64,000 bases of DNA, taken from NCBI GenBank assembly GCA_963775315.1, contig CAVZIN010000007.1, positions 841,193-905,192 on the forward strand, in the 5' to 3' direction. Numbering within the stretch: position 1 is the first letter of the stretch; the number at the start of each line of letters is the position of its first letter. Below the pieces are notes generated by a model. The model did no database searches. It was not told the DNA's origin and was given only the letters and a program-made list of their open reading frames with translations. This DNA comes from an uncultured Alphaproteobacteria bacterium (GTDB lineage Bacteria; Pseudomonadota; Alphaproteobacteria; MPNO01; DASWLB01). Shown here piece by piece: positions 34,970-44,329 of the stretch. The position numbers and the translations under genes were made by a program.

Positions 34970-35473
34970 ATGGAGGGAGCGCCTCTTCCGCTGGATGCGG
35001 AGACCAAGGCCGCCGAGCGGCCGGGCGACCACAAGGACGAGCTGCGGCTTTGGCTGCGGCTGTTTTCCTGCACAACAATGGTCGAGCGCGAAATCCGGCG
35101 CCGCCTGCGCGAGCGCTTCCGTACGACCCTGCCGCGCTTTGACCTGATGGCGCAGCTCGACAAGGTTCCCGACGGGATGAAGCTCGGCGAGCTGTCGCAA
35201 CGGCTGATGGTGTCGAACGGCAACATCACTGGGCTTGTCGACCGGCTGGTGGCGCAGGGGCTGCTCGACTGCCGCCCGGCGCCGAACGACCGACGCACCC
35301 AGATCGTCCGGCTGACCGCCGACGGGCGCCGCCGCTTCCGCGCCATGGCGGACGCGCACGAGGGATGGATCGCGGAGATCTTCGCGGGGCTTGCGCCCTC
35401 CGACATCGAGGGTCTGATGCACCTCACTGCGCGGGTGAAGCAGTCGGCCTACCTGGCGGTCCAGCCGCGATGA
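34970..35473 (+). CDS. MarR-family transcriptional regulator
   Basis: 167 aa with a winged-HTH region (LSQRLMVSNGNITGLVDRLV). Confidence 0.85.
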   Translation: MEGAPLPLDAETKAAERPGDHKDELRLWLRLFSCTTMVEREIRRRLRERFRTTLPRFDLMAQLDKVPDGMKLGELSQRLMVSNGNITGLVDRLVAQGLLDCRPAPNDRRTQIVRLTADGRRRFRAMADAHEGWIAEIFAGLAPSDIEGLMHLTARVKQSAYLAVQPR

Positions 35474-37119
35474 GCGCTCGGTCGGTCCATGTCGACAGCT
35501 TCGCGCGCGACAACCTGCCGCCGCGTGAGCTTTGGCCCGACCTGATCTTCGATCTTCCCGAGCTTCGGTATCCCGAGCGTCTGAACGCCGCGACCGAATT
35601 CGTGGATTCGCATGTGGCGGCGGGCAGGGGGGATCGGCCTTGCCTGATCGCGCCCGGCGTCGCGTGGAGCTATACCGACCTCGCCGAACGTGTGAACCGA
35701 ATCGCCAATGTGCTGACGCGCGATCTTGGGATGGTGCCCGGTAACCGCGTACTGCTGCGCGCGCCCAACAGCCCAATGCTGGTCGCGGCGTATTTCGCCG
35801 TGCTGAAGGCTGGCGGTATCGTCGTGCCCACCATGCCGCTCCTGCGCGCCCGCGAGCTGGCTTACCCCATCGCCAAGGCCGCGATCCGCTTCGCGCTGTG
35901 CGATGCCCGGCTGACCGCGGAGCTTGAGGCGGCGTCGGCGGGGCTCGAGCGCATGGTCACCTGGGGCGACGGCCGGCCGGACGGTCTGGAGGCGCTGATG
36001 GCGCGTCCGGGCTATGACGCGTTCATGGCATGCGACACGGCATCCGACGATGTCTGCCTGATCGCCTTCACCTCGGGCACCACCGGCGTCCCCAAGGGCA
36101 CGATGCATTTCCATCGCGATTTCCTCGCGATCTGCGACACCTATGCCCGGCACATCCTGCGCGCATCGCCCGACGACCGGTTCATCGGCTCGCCGCCGCT
36201 TGCCTTCACGTATGGGCTCGGCGGGCTGGTGCTGTTCCCGCTGCGGATCGGCGCGAGCACGGTGCTGATCGAGAGCGCACCGCCCGAGGCCCTGATGGCG
36301 GCGATCGAATCATACCGTGCCACCGTCTGCTTCACGGCGCCGATCGCCTACCGCGCCATGCTGGGGCTATGGGGCAGGTACGACGTCTCGTCGCTGCGCA
36401 AGTGCGTGTCGGCGGGCGAGACATTGCCCAAGGCGACGTTCGATGCCTGGAAGGAAGCGACCGGCATCGCCATCCAGGACGGGCTCGGCTCGACGGAGAT
36501 GCTGCACATGTTCGTCTGCTGCCGCGAGGACGAGATGCGCGGCGGCGCGACCGGCAAGGCCATTCCCGGCTTCGAGGCGCGGGTGATCGACGAGAATGGG
36601 ACCGAGGTGCCGCCCGGTACGATCGGGCGGCTCGCCGTGCGCGGCCCGACCGGCTGCCGCTACCTCGCGGACGAGCGCCAGCACGACTACGTGGTCGATG
36701 GCTGGAACGTGACCGGCGATACCTACGTGATGGAACCGGACGGGTACTTCGTCTACCAGGCGCGCTCCGACGACATGATCATCTCGGCCGGCTACAACAT
36801 CGCGGGTCCGGAAGTCGAGGCGGCACTGCTCGAGCATCCGGCGGTTGCCGAGTGCGGCGTGGTGGGCGCGCCCGACCCGGGGCGGGGCCAGGTCGTCAAG
36901 GCGTATATCGTGCTGCGCGAGGGGCATGCGGGCGGCGAGGACCTCGTGCGGATTCTGCAGGACCACGTGAAGGCGGCGATCGCGCCCTTCAAGTATCCCC
37001 GGGCAATCGAATTCGTGCCTCGCCTGCCGCGTACCGAAAGCGGTAAGTTGCAGCGGTTCGAGCTGCGCCGCCGGGCGGCGGAGGGTTCGGACCCGAACGC
37101 TGCGACGCAGAGGCCGTGA
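35470..37119 (+). CDS. Aryl-CoA ligase (benzoate/2-aminobenzoate-CoA ligase family, AMP-binding)
   Basis: AMP-binding motifs TSGTTGVPKG and YGxTE; the ATGA start overlaps the MarR stop. Confidence 0.85.
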   Translation: MSARSVHVDSFARDNLPPRELWPDLIFDLPELRYPERLNAATEFVDSHVAAGRGDRPCLIAPGVAWSYTDLAERVNRIANVLTRDLGMVPGNRVLLRAPNSPMLVAAYFAVLKAGGIVVPTMPLLRARELAYPIAKAAIRFALCDARLTAELEAASAGLERMVTWGDGRPDGLEALMARPGYDAFMACDTASDDVCLIAFTSGTTGVPKGTMHFHRDFLAICDTYARHILRASPDDRFIGSPPLAFTYGLGGLVLFPLRIGASTVLIESAPPEALMAAIESYRATVCFTAPIAYRAMLGLWGRYDVSSLRKCVSAGETLPKATFDAWKEATGIAIQDGLGSTEMLHMFVCCREDEMRGGATGKAIPGFEARVIDENGTEVPPGTIGRLAVRGPTGCRYLADERQHDYVVDGWNVTGDTYVMEPDGYFVYQARSDDMIISAGYNIAGPEVEAALLEHPAVAECGVVGAPDPGRGQVVKAYIVLREGHAGGEDLVRILQDHVKAAIAPFKYPRAIEFVPRLPRTESGKLQRFELRRRAAEGSDPNAATQRP

Positions 37120-37581
37120 GTGTCATCCCGCACCCCTGTTGAGGACCGTCCCGAAGACCGCGCATCCGCCGGGCACCAGGTGCTGCTGCCGGACGGATGG
37201 CCGCGGCCGCGTGGCTATGCCAACGGCATCCGCGCCCGCGGAGAGATGGTGTTCGTCGGCGGCATGGTCGGCTGGGACGCCTCGGGAACGTTCGCGGACG
37301 GGTTCGTCGCCCAGGCGCGCCAAGCGCTCGCCAATATCCGGGCGGTGCTGGCCGAGGGCGGCGCGGGCCCGGAGGACGTGGTGCGCCTCACCTGGTACGT
37401 CGTGGATATGGCGGCCTATCGCGCGAACCTCGGCCCGCTCGGCGCCGCCTATCGCGAGCTGATGGGGACTCATTTTCCGGCGATGGCGCTGGTCGAGGTC
37501 AAGGGGCTCGTGGAGCCGCGCGCGCTGCTCGAGATCGAGGCGACGGCGGTGGTTCCGGACGAGGCCGGGAGGAGGCGATGA
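37120..37581 (+). CDS. RidA/YjgF-family enamine/imine deaminase
   Basis: 153 aa with a RidA-fold signature (VFVGGMVGWD...). The GTG start is tentative. Confidence 0.75.
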   Translation: MSSRTPVEDRPEDRASAGHQVLLPDGWPRPRGYANGIRARGEMVFVGGMVGWDASGTFADGFVAQARQALANIRAVLAEGGAGPEDVVRLTWYVVDMAAYRANLGPLGAAYRELMGTHFPAMALVEVKGLVEPRALLEIEATAVVPDEAGRRR

Positions 37582-38417
37582 CTGCCGATCCCGCAACCGT
37601 CACCCGTCCCGCGACGACGACAGCGGCGGTCGGCGCCGCCGCGCCGATCATCTCGCTCGAAGGGGTCTCGGTCGAGCTGTCTGGCGAGCGCATCTACAAT
37701 TCGATGAACTTCGCCGTCCGGCCGGGCGAGTTCCTGTGCATCCTCGGCCCGTCCGGCTGCGGCAAGTCCACGTGCCTTCGCCTGATGGGCGATCTCCTGC
37801 AGGCGAGCGGCGGCACGGTGCGGGTCGACGGCAGGACGCCGGCAGAGGCGTGGGACCAGCTTGCCTACGTGTTCCAGGCGCCGCGCCTGGTGCCGTGGCG
37901 CACCGCGCTCGGCAACGTGATGCTGGCGATGGAGCTCCGCTTCGGCCGCGGCGTGAAGCGCGAGATGGAGGCGCGGAGTCGCGCGCTGCTCGATCTCGTC
38001 GGGCTGAGCAATGATGTCCGCAAGTATCCCCGCATGCTGTCGGGCGGCGAGCGCCAGCGCGTCGCCATCGCCCGCGCTCTGGCGGTCGAACCCAAGATCG
38101 TGCTGATGGACGAGCCGTTCTCGGCGCTCGACCTCAACACGCGGCGGCGGCTGCGCGCCCAGATGATCTCGATCTGGGAGGAGACGCGGAAGACCATCGT
38201 GTTCGTCACGCACGATATCGATGAGGCGCTTGTGCTGGCGGACCGCATAATCCTGATGTCCAACAAGCCGACTCGGGTGATCGAGACGATCGAGATCGAC
38301 CGTCCACGCCCCCGTGATCTGGACGGCACGCCCGAGCTGCGGGCACATCGCGACCATTTGCACCGGCTGTTCCGCCAACTCGAGCCGGGATACGTGGAGG
38401 AAAGTGAACCGGGGTGA
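37578..38417 (+). CDS. ABC transporter ATP-binding protein (NitT/TauT family)
   Basis: GPSGCGKST, LSGGERQR, GGAGGAGG RBS and ATGA coupling. Confidence 0.9.
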   Translation: MTADPATVTRPATTTAAVGAAAPIISLEGVSVELSGERIYNSMNFAVRPGEFLCILGPSGCGKSTCLRLMGDLLQASGGTVRVDGRTPAEAWDQLAYVFQAPRLVPWRTALGNVMLAMELRFGRGVKREMEARSRALLDLVGLSNDVRKYPRMLSGGERQRVAIARALAVEPKIVLMDEPFSALDLNTRRRLRAQMISIWEETRKTIVFVTHDIDEALVLADRIILMSNKPTRVIETIEIDRPRPRDLDGTPELRAHRDHLHRLFRQLEPGYVEESEPG

Positions 38418-38448
38418 GTGGGCCCCGATAAAAGGAGGCAGACGGCAG

Positions 38449-39435
38449 ATGAAACGGACGATTGTCGGCGCGCTCGGTGCGCTCGCGGTGGCGCTTGCCG
38501 CCGCCGGCCCAGCCCAGGCGAAGGAGAAGGTGAGCTACGCGTATCTGGTCGACCCGGCGCTGGAAGGCGTGCTCTACGGCATCAAGTCGGGCAAGGTGCA
38601 TTCGGACACGGTCGAGATCGCGGCGACGCCCCTCTCGATTCCGGCTCTGATCCAGTCGACCACCACCAAGCAGTACGACGTGGTGATGAACGCCGTCCTC
38701 TCGATCCCGCGCGCGCTCGAGAAGGGGCTGCGTATGGAGGTGCTGTCGACCGCGCTTCGCTCCGTACCGAGCGCGGTGAGCGGCGGCGCCTGGGTCAAGA
38801 AGGACAGCCCCTACAAGAAGCTCACCGACCTCAAGGGCAAGACGATCGGCGACACGGCGCTGCAATCGACCGGCACCATGTGGAACCGCATCGCCATGTG
38901 GAAGACCTACGACGTCAACGTCTCCTACGACGATGGCGACTTCAAGTGGGTGCAGCTTCCGGCCTCGGGGCTGCTCGGCGCGCTGCAGACCGGCCGGGTG
39001 GACGCCGCCAACCTGATCCACCTGCAGGCGTTCGAGGCGCTGAAGTCGGGCAACTACGTGTCGCTCCTGCATACCGCGAAGGACATCCACGATCGTTATG
39101 GCGTGGACCAGGTCTCGGCGGTCAATGTCGGCTATCCCGAGAAGCTGAACGCCCGGCCGGACGCGTTCAAGGAGTTCGACCGGATGATCAAGGCTTCGGT
39201 CGATTATGCCAACACCCACACGGCGGAGGTCGGCGCGGCGATCGGCAAGGAGTTCAAGATTTCCCCCGACTTCTTCGGCTGGTGGCTGAAGAGCTACTCG
39301 ATCTTCCCGGGCGTGGTCAGCAAGGGCGACCTGAAGGCCATGGAGGTCGTCTGGAAGGAAGCCCAGGCGCTCCACGCGATGGGCAAGTATCCGTCGGCCG
39401 AATCGGTCGTTTGGAAGTACGCGATCCGCGAGTAG
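38449..39435 (+). CDS. ABC transporter substrate-binding protein (NMT1-like), paralog 3
   Basis: Signal peptide and an AGGAGG RBS. Confidence 0.9.
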   Translation: MKRTIVGALGALAVALAAAGPAQAKEKVSYAYLVDPALEGVLYGIKSGKVHSDTVEIAATPLSIPALIQSTTTKQYDVVMNAVLSIPRALEKGLRMEVLSTALRSVPSAVSGGAWVKKDSPYKKLTDLKGKTIGDTALQSTGTMWNRIAMWKTYDVNVSYDDGDFKWVQLPASGLLGALQTGRVDAANLIHLQAFEALKSGNYVSLLHTAKDIHDRYGVDQVSAVNVGYPEKLNARPDAFKEFDRMIKASVDYANTHTAEVGAAIGKEFKISPDFFGWWLKSYSIFPGVVSKGDLKAMEVVWKEAQALHAMGKYPSAESVVWKYAIRE

Positions 39436-39439
39436 ACGT

Positions 39440-40237
39440 GTGACGGCTTCGCTCGACCGCGCGCGGGAACGCTGGACCGCGAGCCGGCGCTCCCGGCTCG
39501 CGGCCCATCTGTTCACGCTCGCTGCCCTCGCGGCGTGGCAGGGCTATTCGATGACGGTGGAGCCGTTCGTGATGCCCGGGCCGTGGCCGGTGGCAATACG
39601 GCTCTACCAGTTCCTCACCACCTGGAGCCTCGCCCGACAGGCGTTCTACTCGTTCGGTCACATCTTCGCGGCCATGGCGCTTTCGTTCGTCGTCGGCAGC
39701 GGGCTCGCGTTCCTCGCCCATTACGTGCCGGCGCTGCGGCTTGCCGTCCATGGCCGGCTGAGCCCATTCCTCAACTCGTTTTCGGGGATCGGCTGGACGC
39801 TGCTCGCCATCGTCTGGTTCGGCGTCAACGATTTCACCGTTATATTCGCGATTACGGTGGTTCTTACCCCCTTCGCGATCATCAACATGCGCGAGGGGCT
39901 GGAGACGCTCGACGCCGAGCTACTCGAGATGTCGGCGAGCTTCACCCGCCGGCGCGGGCGGGAGTTCACGAAGATCGTGCTGCCCGCGCTGATGCCTTTC
40001 ATCTTCGCGACGGCGCGTATCAGCTTCGGCGTGTCCTGGAAGGTGACGCTGGCGGCCGAGCTGTTCGGCGGGCGCACCGGCCTCGGCTATCTCTTCAACT
40101 TGGCGCGCCAGGATTTCGACATGGCGCTGATCCTGGTCGTGATCGTCGTCATCATCGCCTTCGTCTACGGCACCGACCGGCTGGTGTTCGCGCCGCTACA
40201 GGCCCGGCTCGGCCGCCATCATGGGGCGGCGCCGTGA
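39440..40237 (+). CDS. ABC transporter permease
   Basis: Multi-TM BPD_transp_1 protein with a GTG start. Confidence 0.85.
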   Translation: MTASLDRARERWTASRRSRLAAHLFTLAALAAWQGYSMTVEPFVMPGPWPVAIRLYQFLTTWSLARQAFYSFGHIFAAMALSFVVGSGLAFLAHYVPALRLAVHGRLSPFLNSFSGIGWTLLAIVWFGVNDFTVIFAITVVLTPFAIINMREGLETLDAELLEMSASFTRRRGREFTKIVLPALMPFIFATARISFGVSWKVTLAAELFGGRTGLGYLFNLARQDFDMALILVVIVVIIAFVYGTDRLVFAPLQARLGRHHGAAP

Positions 40238-41019
40238 CGGCGATCGTTCGCCCCACCCCGCGTCCGCCCCGGCGCCGGGCCTTCACCGAGCGTGCCATCG
40301 CCGACGGGCTGGTGATCGTGGCCGTTGTCGGTTGGTGGCTTGGCGCCCGCCACATGCCGGAGTTCATCCTACCCGGTCCGGTCGACGTGGCGCGGACGCT
40401 GGCGGCGCTGTTCGTCACCGCGTCGCTCCTCGCCGACACGGCGACCAGCGCGTTCCGCGTGGTCGTGGCGGTGGTCGTCGCGGTCGTGCTCGGCAGCGCG
40501 CTCGCGATCCTGCCCTACCGCTTCCCGGTGACGGACCGGATTGTGCACGACCGGATCAAGCCGTTCCTCAATTCGTTCCCGTCGGTCGGATGGGCGATCC
40601 TGGCGATGGTGTGGTTCGGCACGTCGTCGCTTTCGGTCATCATCGTCGAGGTGATGATTCTGACGCCGTTCTGCCTGGTGAACGTCTCCGAGGGCATTCG
40701 CGAGCTCGACCACGAGCTGCTGGAAATGGGGGCGAGCTTCACGCGCAGCCGGCGCCGGGTGATGTTCAAGATCGTCGTGCCGCTGCTCTTGCCCTACACC
40801 CTGTCGGCGGTGCGCATCGCCTATGGCGTGGCATGGAAGATCGCGCTGGTCGCCGAGCTGTTCGGCGCGACCAGCGGGCTAGGCTACGTCATGCTCAAGG
40901 CCGAAATCGTATCCGATGCTTCCACGGTCTATGCCACCTGCTTTGCGATCGTCATCCTGTTCCTCGTCGGCGAGAAGCTGGTGATCGATCCCCTGTCGCG
41001 CTTGGTGAGCTACAAGTGA
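40234..41019 (+). CDS. ABC transporter permease (second subunit)
   Basis: Paralog of the preceding permease; a GTGA-coupled start. Confidence 0.85.
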   Translation: MTAIVRPTPRPPRRRAFTERAIADGLVIVAVVGWWLGARHMPEFILPGPVDVARTLAALFVTASLLADTATSAFRVVVAVVVAVVLGSALAILPYRFPVTDRIVHDRIKPFLNSFPSVGWAILAMVWFGTSSLSVIIVEVMILTPFCLVNVSEGIRELDHELLEMGASFTRSRRRVMFKIVVPLLLPYTLSAVRIAYGVAWKIALVAELFGATSGLGYVMLKAEIVSDASTVYATCFAIVILFLVGEKLVIDPLSRLVSYK

Positions 41020-41038
41020 ATATTATTGGAGAGGCGAG

Positions 41039-42664
41039 ATGGTCGCGGCGGACCTGCTGCTGAAGAACGGCGCGGTGATGACGCTCGACGCGAGGTCGAC
41101 GCGCACCGACGCCGTCGCGATCGCGAACGGGCGGATCGTGGCGCTGGGCGCGGACGCGCTCGAATTGGCCGGCCCGCGAACCGAGACGGTAGACCTTGGC
41201 GGACGGACCGCCATACCCGGGCTGTTCGACAGCCACATCCACACCGTGATGGGCGGGCAGAACGAGCTCGCCGTCTCGCTCGAGGACGCACGCTCGGTCG
41301 CGGACGTGCAGAAGGCCTTCGCCGCGCGGGCGAAGACGGTCGCGCCCGGCACGTGGATCCTCGGCGGCAGCGGTTGGCATGAAAGCCAGCTCGTCGAAGG
41401 GCGCATGCCGCACCGGGCCGAGCTCGACGCGGTGACGCCGAACAATCCGGTGTTCCTCCGCCGCGGCGGGCATGTGGCGGTCGCGAACAGCGCTGCGTTC
41501 AAGATCGCCGGCATCACCAAGGAGACGCCCGACCCGCACGACGGGGTGATCGCGCGCGATCCGGGCACCGGCGAGCCCAACGGCATGCTGGTCGAGCGCG
41601 CCGCCTTCACCATGGTGCTGAAGCACGTTCCGAAGCCGACCCGCGCCGACTACGTCGAAGGCCTCAAGAAGTACACCGCCCGGCTCAACGGCCGCGGCAT
41701 CACCGCGACGCTGGAGCCGGGCATCAGCCTCGACGAAATCGCCGCCTACATGGAGCTCTGGCGCCAGAAGGCCATGACAACCCGGGCGCGCATCTTGCAG
41801 CGCGTCGCCTGCGCCGACGACGTGTCCGGCCTGACCCAGGTGCTGGCGCCCGAGTTCGGCGACGATTGGCTGCGGATCGGCGGGTTCAAGTACATGGCCG
41901 ACGGCGGCATCGAGGCGGCCTATCTGCGCGAGCCTTACCAGATCGTGGAGGGCGAGCAGAACGACCCCGAATTCCACGGGAAGATGGTGCTCCCGCCGGG
42001 CGGGCTCGACGAATTGCGCGAGATGATGATGGAAGCCGCCGCGCAGGGCTGGCAGATGCAGATCCACATGGTCGGCGACGCGACCATCGACACCATCGTC
42101 GGGCTTGTGGAGGAGGTCGCGCGCAAATACCCGGTCGGCGACATGCGCTGGACCATGATGCATGTCTTCCTGCCGACCGACGAGGCGCTCGCCAAGATGA
42201 GGCGGCTGGGGCTGCGCGCCACGGTGCAGGACCATCCAGTCAAGCTCGGCCACAACATGCTGCGGTACTGGGGCGAGGCGCGGGCGGCAAAGTCGATACC
42301 GGTGCGCTCGATCCTCGCCGCAAAGATCCCGACCGGCGGTGGCACCGACGCGCCGGTGGTCGACTGGAACCCGTTCGAATCGATCTGGTGGATGACCACG
42401 CGCAAGGTGTTCGCCCAGGGCGGCGTGCGCGTGCTGGGGCCCGAGGAGGCCATCGGCCGGGAGGAGGCTCTGCGCCTCTACACGCTGGGCAGTGCCGAAA
42501 CCTGCTTCATGGAGAACATTGTCGGTTCGATCGAGCCCGGCAAGCTCGCCGACATCGCGGTGCTCGACGCCGACCCGATGTCGGTCGAGGACGACGCGCT
42601 CCGCGACATCAAGGCGGCCCTCACCGTCGTCGGCGGCAGGATCGTCCACCGTCATGGTATGTGA
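41039..42664 (+). CDS. Amidohydrolase-3 family metal-dependent hydrolase (YtcJ-like)
   Basis: 541 aa, HxH (DSHIHTV) and later metal ligands. Confidence 0.85.
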   Translation: MVAADLLLKNGAVMTLDARSTRTDAVAIANGRIVALGADALELAGPRTETVDLGGRTAIPGLFDSHIHTVMGGQNELAVSLEDARSVADVQKAFAARAKTVAPGTWILGGSGWHESQLVEGRMPHRAELDAVTPNNPVFLRRGGHVAVANSAAFKIAGITKETPDPHDGVIARDPGTGEPNGMLVERAAFTMVLKHVPKPTRADYVEGLKKYTARLNGRGITATLEPGISLDEIAAYMELWRQKAMTTRARILQRVACADDVSGLTQVLAPEFGDDWLRIGGFKYMADGGIEAAYLREPYQIVEGEQNDPEFHGKMVLPPGGLDELREMMMEAAAQGWQMQIHMVGDATIDTIVGLVEEVARKYPVGDMRWTMMHVFLPTDEALAKMRRLGLRATVQDHPVKLGHNMLRYWGEARAAKSIPVRSILAAKIPTGGGTDAPVVDWNPFESIWWMTTRKVFAQGGVRVLGPEEAIGREEALRLYTLGSAETCFMENIVGSIEPGKLADIAVLDADPMSVEDDALRDIKAALTVVGGRIVHRHGM

Positions 42665-43160
42665 CGGGGTGACGGCAGAGCCGACCATCCTGTCGCCGCA
42701 CGGACGCAACCACGGGCGGCTGGTGGCCGCGCGCGACATTCCGCGCCTGCCGGCGGCGACCGACAACTACCCGCTGCTCGCCTTTCGCGAAATCTACGCC
42801 ACCATCGGCGTGATCGGGCTCCGAATCGGCGAAGAGGCGCGGGCGCTCGCCGGCCGGCCGGTGCGGGTGCGCGGCTACATGGCGCCGCCGGTCGCGGACC
42901 GCGACAGCACTTTCGTGCTCACGCGGAGCCCGTTCATCACCTGCCCTTTCTGCGATCCGGCGGCGAGCTGGCCCGACGACGTGGTGCTCGCCTGCCTCGA
43001 AAAGTACAGCGCCTTCGTCGATCCGACGCTCGCGATCGAGCTGGTGGGCGAACTCGAGATCGGGCCCAAACCGGATCCCCGCACGGGCACGACGCGCTAT
43101 GTGCGTCTGCTCGACGCGCGCTGGCAGCCGGTCGCGCCACAGGCTCGCCCATCATGGTAG
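42654..43160 (+). CDS. Hypothetical protein
   Basis: Coding-like GC3 bias; the start is either the ATG at 42654 or the GTG at 42668. No recognisable domain. Confidence 0.5.
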   Translation: MVCDGVTAEPTILSPHGRNHGRLVAARDIPRLPAATDNYPLLAFREIYATIGVIGLRIGEEARALAGRPVRVRGYMAPPVADRDSTFVLTRSPFITCPFCDPAASWPDDVVLACLEKYSAFVDPTLAIELVGELEIGPKPDPRTGTTRYVRLLDARWQPVAPQARPSW

Positions 43161-43210
43161 CCCGAAAAGCACAAGGGGTTGAGCTTTGCGGCCCAACCCC
43201 TTGATCTAAC

Positions 43211-43286
43211 TGGCTCCGCGGGAGGGACTCGAACCCCCGACCCGGCGGTTAACAGCCGCCTGCTCTACCAGCTGAGCTACCGCGGA
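43211..43286 (-). tRNA. tRNA-Asn (anticodon GTT)
   Basis: The reverse complement folds as a 76-nt cloverleaf with a 7-bp acceptor stem, anticodon loop CTGTTAA and 3' CCA. Confidence 0.85.
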
Positions 43287-43347
43287 ATGGGCCGCTTATA
43301 CCAGCCCGGAATTCCGGTCGCCACCGCTTCGGCGTGATTGGCGGGGC

Positions 43348-43421
43348 TGGAGGCACGGGCCGGAATCGAACCGGCGTACGCGGCTTTGCAGGCCGCTGCA
43401 TAGCCACTCTGCCACCGCGCC
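43348..43421 (-). tRNA. tRNA-Cys (anticodon GCA)
   Basis: The reverse complement GGCGCGGTGGCAGAGTGG...CTGCAAA...TTCGATTCC...CCTCCA is 74 nt. Confidence 0.8.
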
Positions 43422-43586
43422 CCGGCCCGCGCCGGCGGGAAGCCCGCCTGCGGCACAGCGCCGCTATATAGGCGTCGGTATAGGTCGGGTCAAGGAATGA
43501 CGAGGAACGACGGCGGGCGCGTTGTGTTCGACCGGACAGCTTAGTATAACCACCGCGCGTGCCGCGTCGCGAATTCGAAGGGGGCC

Positions 43587-44243
43587 ATGCCGGACTACGC
43601 CGTCGCCCGCCGCAACATGGTGGACAGCCAGCTACGCACCAATCGGGTGACGGAGCCGTCGGTCATCGCTGCGATGGAGGAGCTTCCGCGCGAGCAATTC
43701 GTGCCCCTCGATCTTGCCGGCGTCGCCTATCTGGACGAAGACCTGCCGATCGGCCACGGCCGCTATCTGGTCGAGCCGATGGTGCTGGCCCGCATGCTGC
43801 AGGAAGCGCAAATCCGTCCGACCGACGTCGTACTCGATATCGGCTGCGCCACCGGCTACTCGACCGCCGTCGCCGCGCGCCTTGCCGACACGGTTTTCGG
43901 GCTCGAATCGGACGCGGGGCTCGCTCGTCGCGCGTCCGAGACGCTTGCCCAGCTCGAGATCGACAATGCCGTGGTGGTCGAGGCGCCGCTCGCCCAGGGC
44001 TACCCGCCGCACGCCCCCTACGACGTCATCCTGATCGAGGGGGCGGTCCCCGAGGTGCCCGCAGCCATCGCCGGCCAACTCGCCGAGGGCGGGCGGCTGG
44101 TCGCTGTCGTCGCCGGCACGGGACGGGTCGGGCGCTGCGTGCTGGCCGCCCGCTGCGGCGGGGTGGTGTCCTATCGCGAGCTGTTCGACGCGGCGACGCG
44201 GTCCCTCCCGGGCATCGCCGGCCGGACGGGTTTCCGCTTTTGA
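43587..44243 (+). CDS. pcm: Protein-L-isoaspartate O-methyltransferase
   Basis: SAM motif VLDIGCATGY and PIMT family blocks. Confidence 0.9.
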   Translation: MPDYAVARRNMVDSQLRTNRVTEPSVIAAMEELPREQFVPLDLAGVAYLDEDLPIGHGRYLVEPMVLARMLQEAQIRPTDVVLDIGCATGYSTAVAARLADTVFGLESDAGLARRASETLAQLEIDNAVVVEAPLAQGYPPHAPYDVILIEGAVPEVPAAIAGQLAEGGRLVAVVAGTGRVGRCVLAARCGGVVSYRELFDAATRSLPGIAGRTGFRF

Positions 44244-44329
44244 CTTGGCGGTCCGCGGCGAGGATGATCGGGACAGGCGCGACGGAACGCGCGCGCGCCG
44301 CTCGTGTTAACGGCTTAACTGGAACGAGA

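Noticed and set aside
43559-44329. Long N-terminal extension of the TolC ORF (43559-45760), and ORF 43587-44243 read in the extension frame
   Set aside because: That frame is occupied by pcm. The TolC signal peptide begins at 44330 or 44345.
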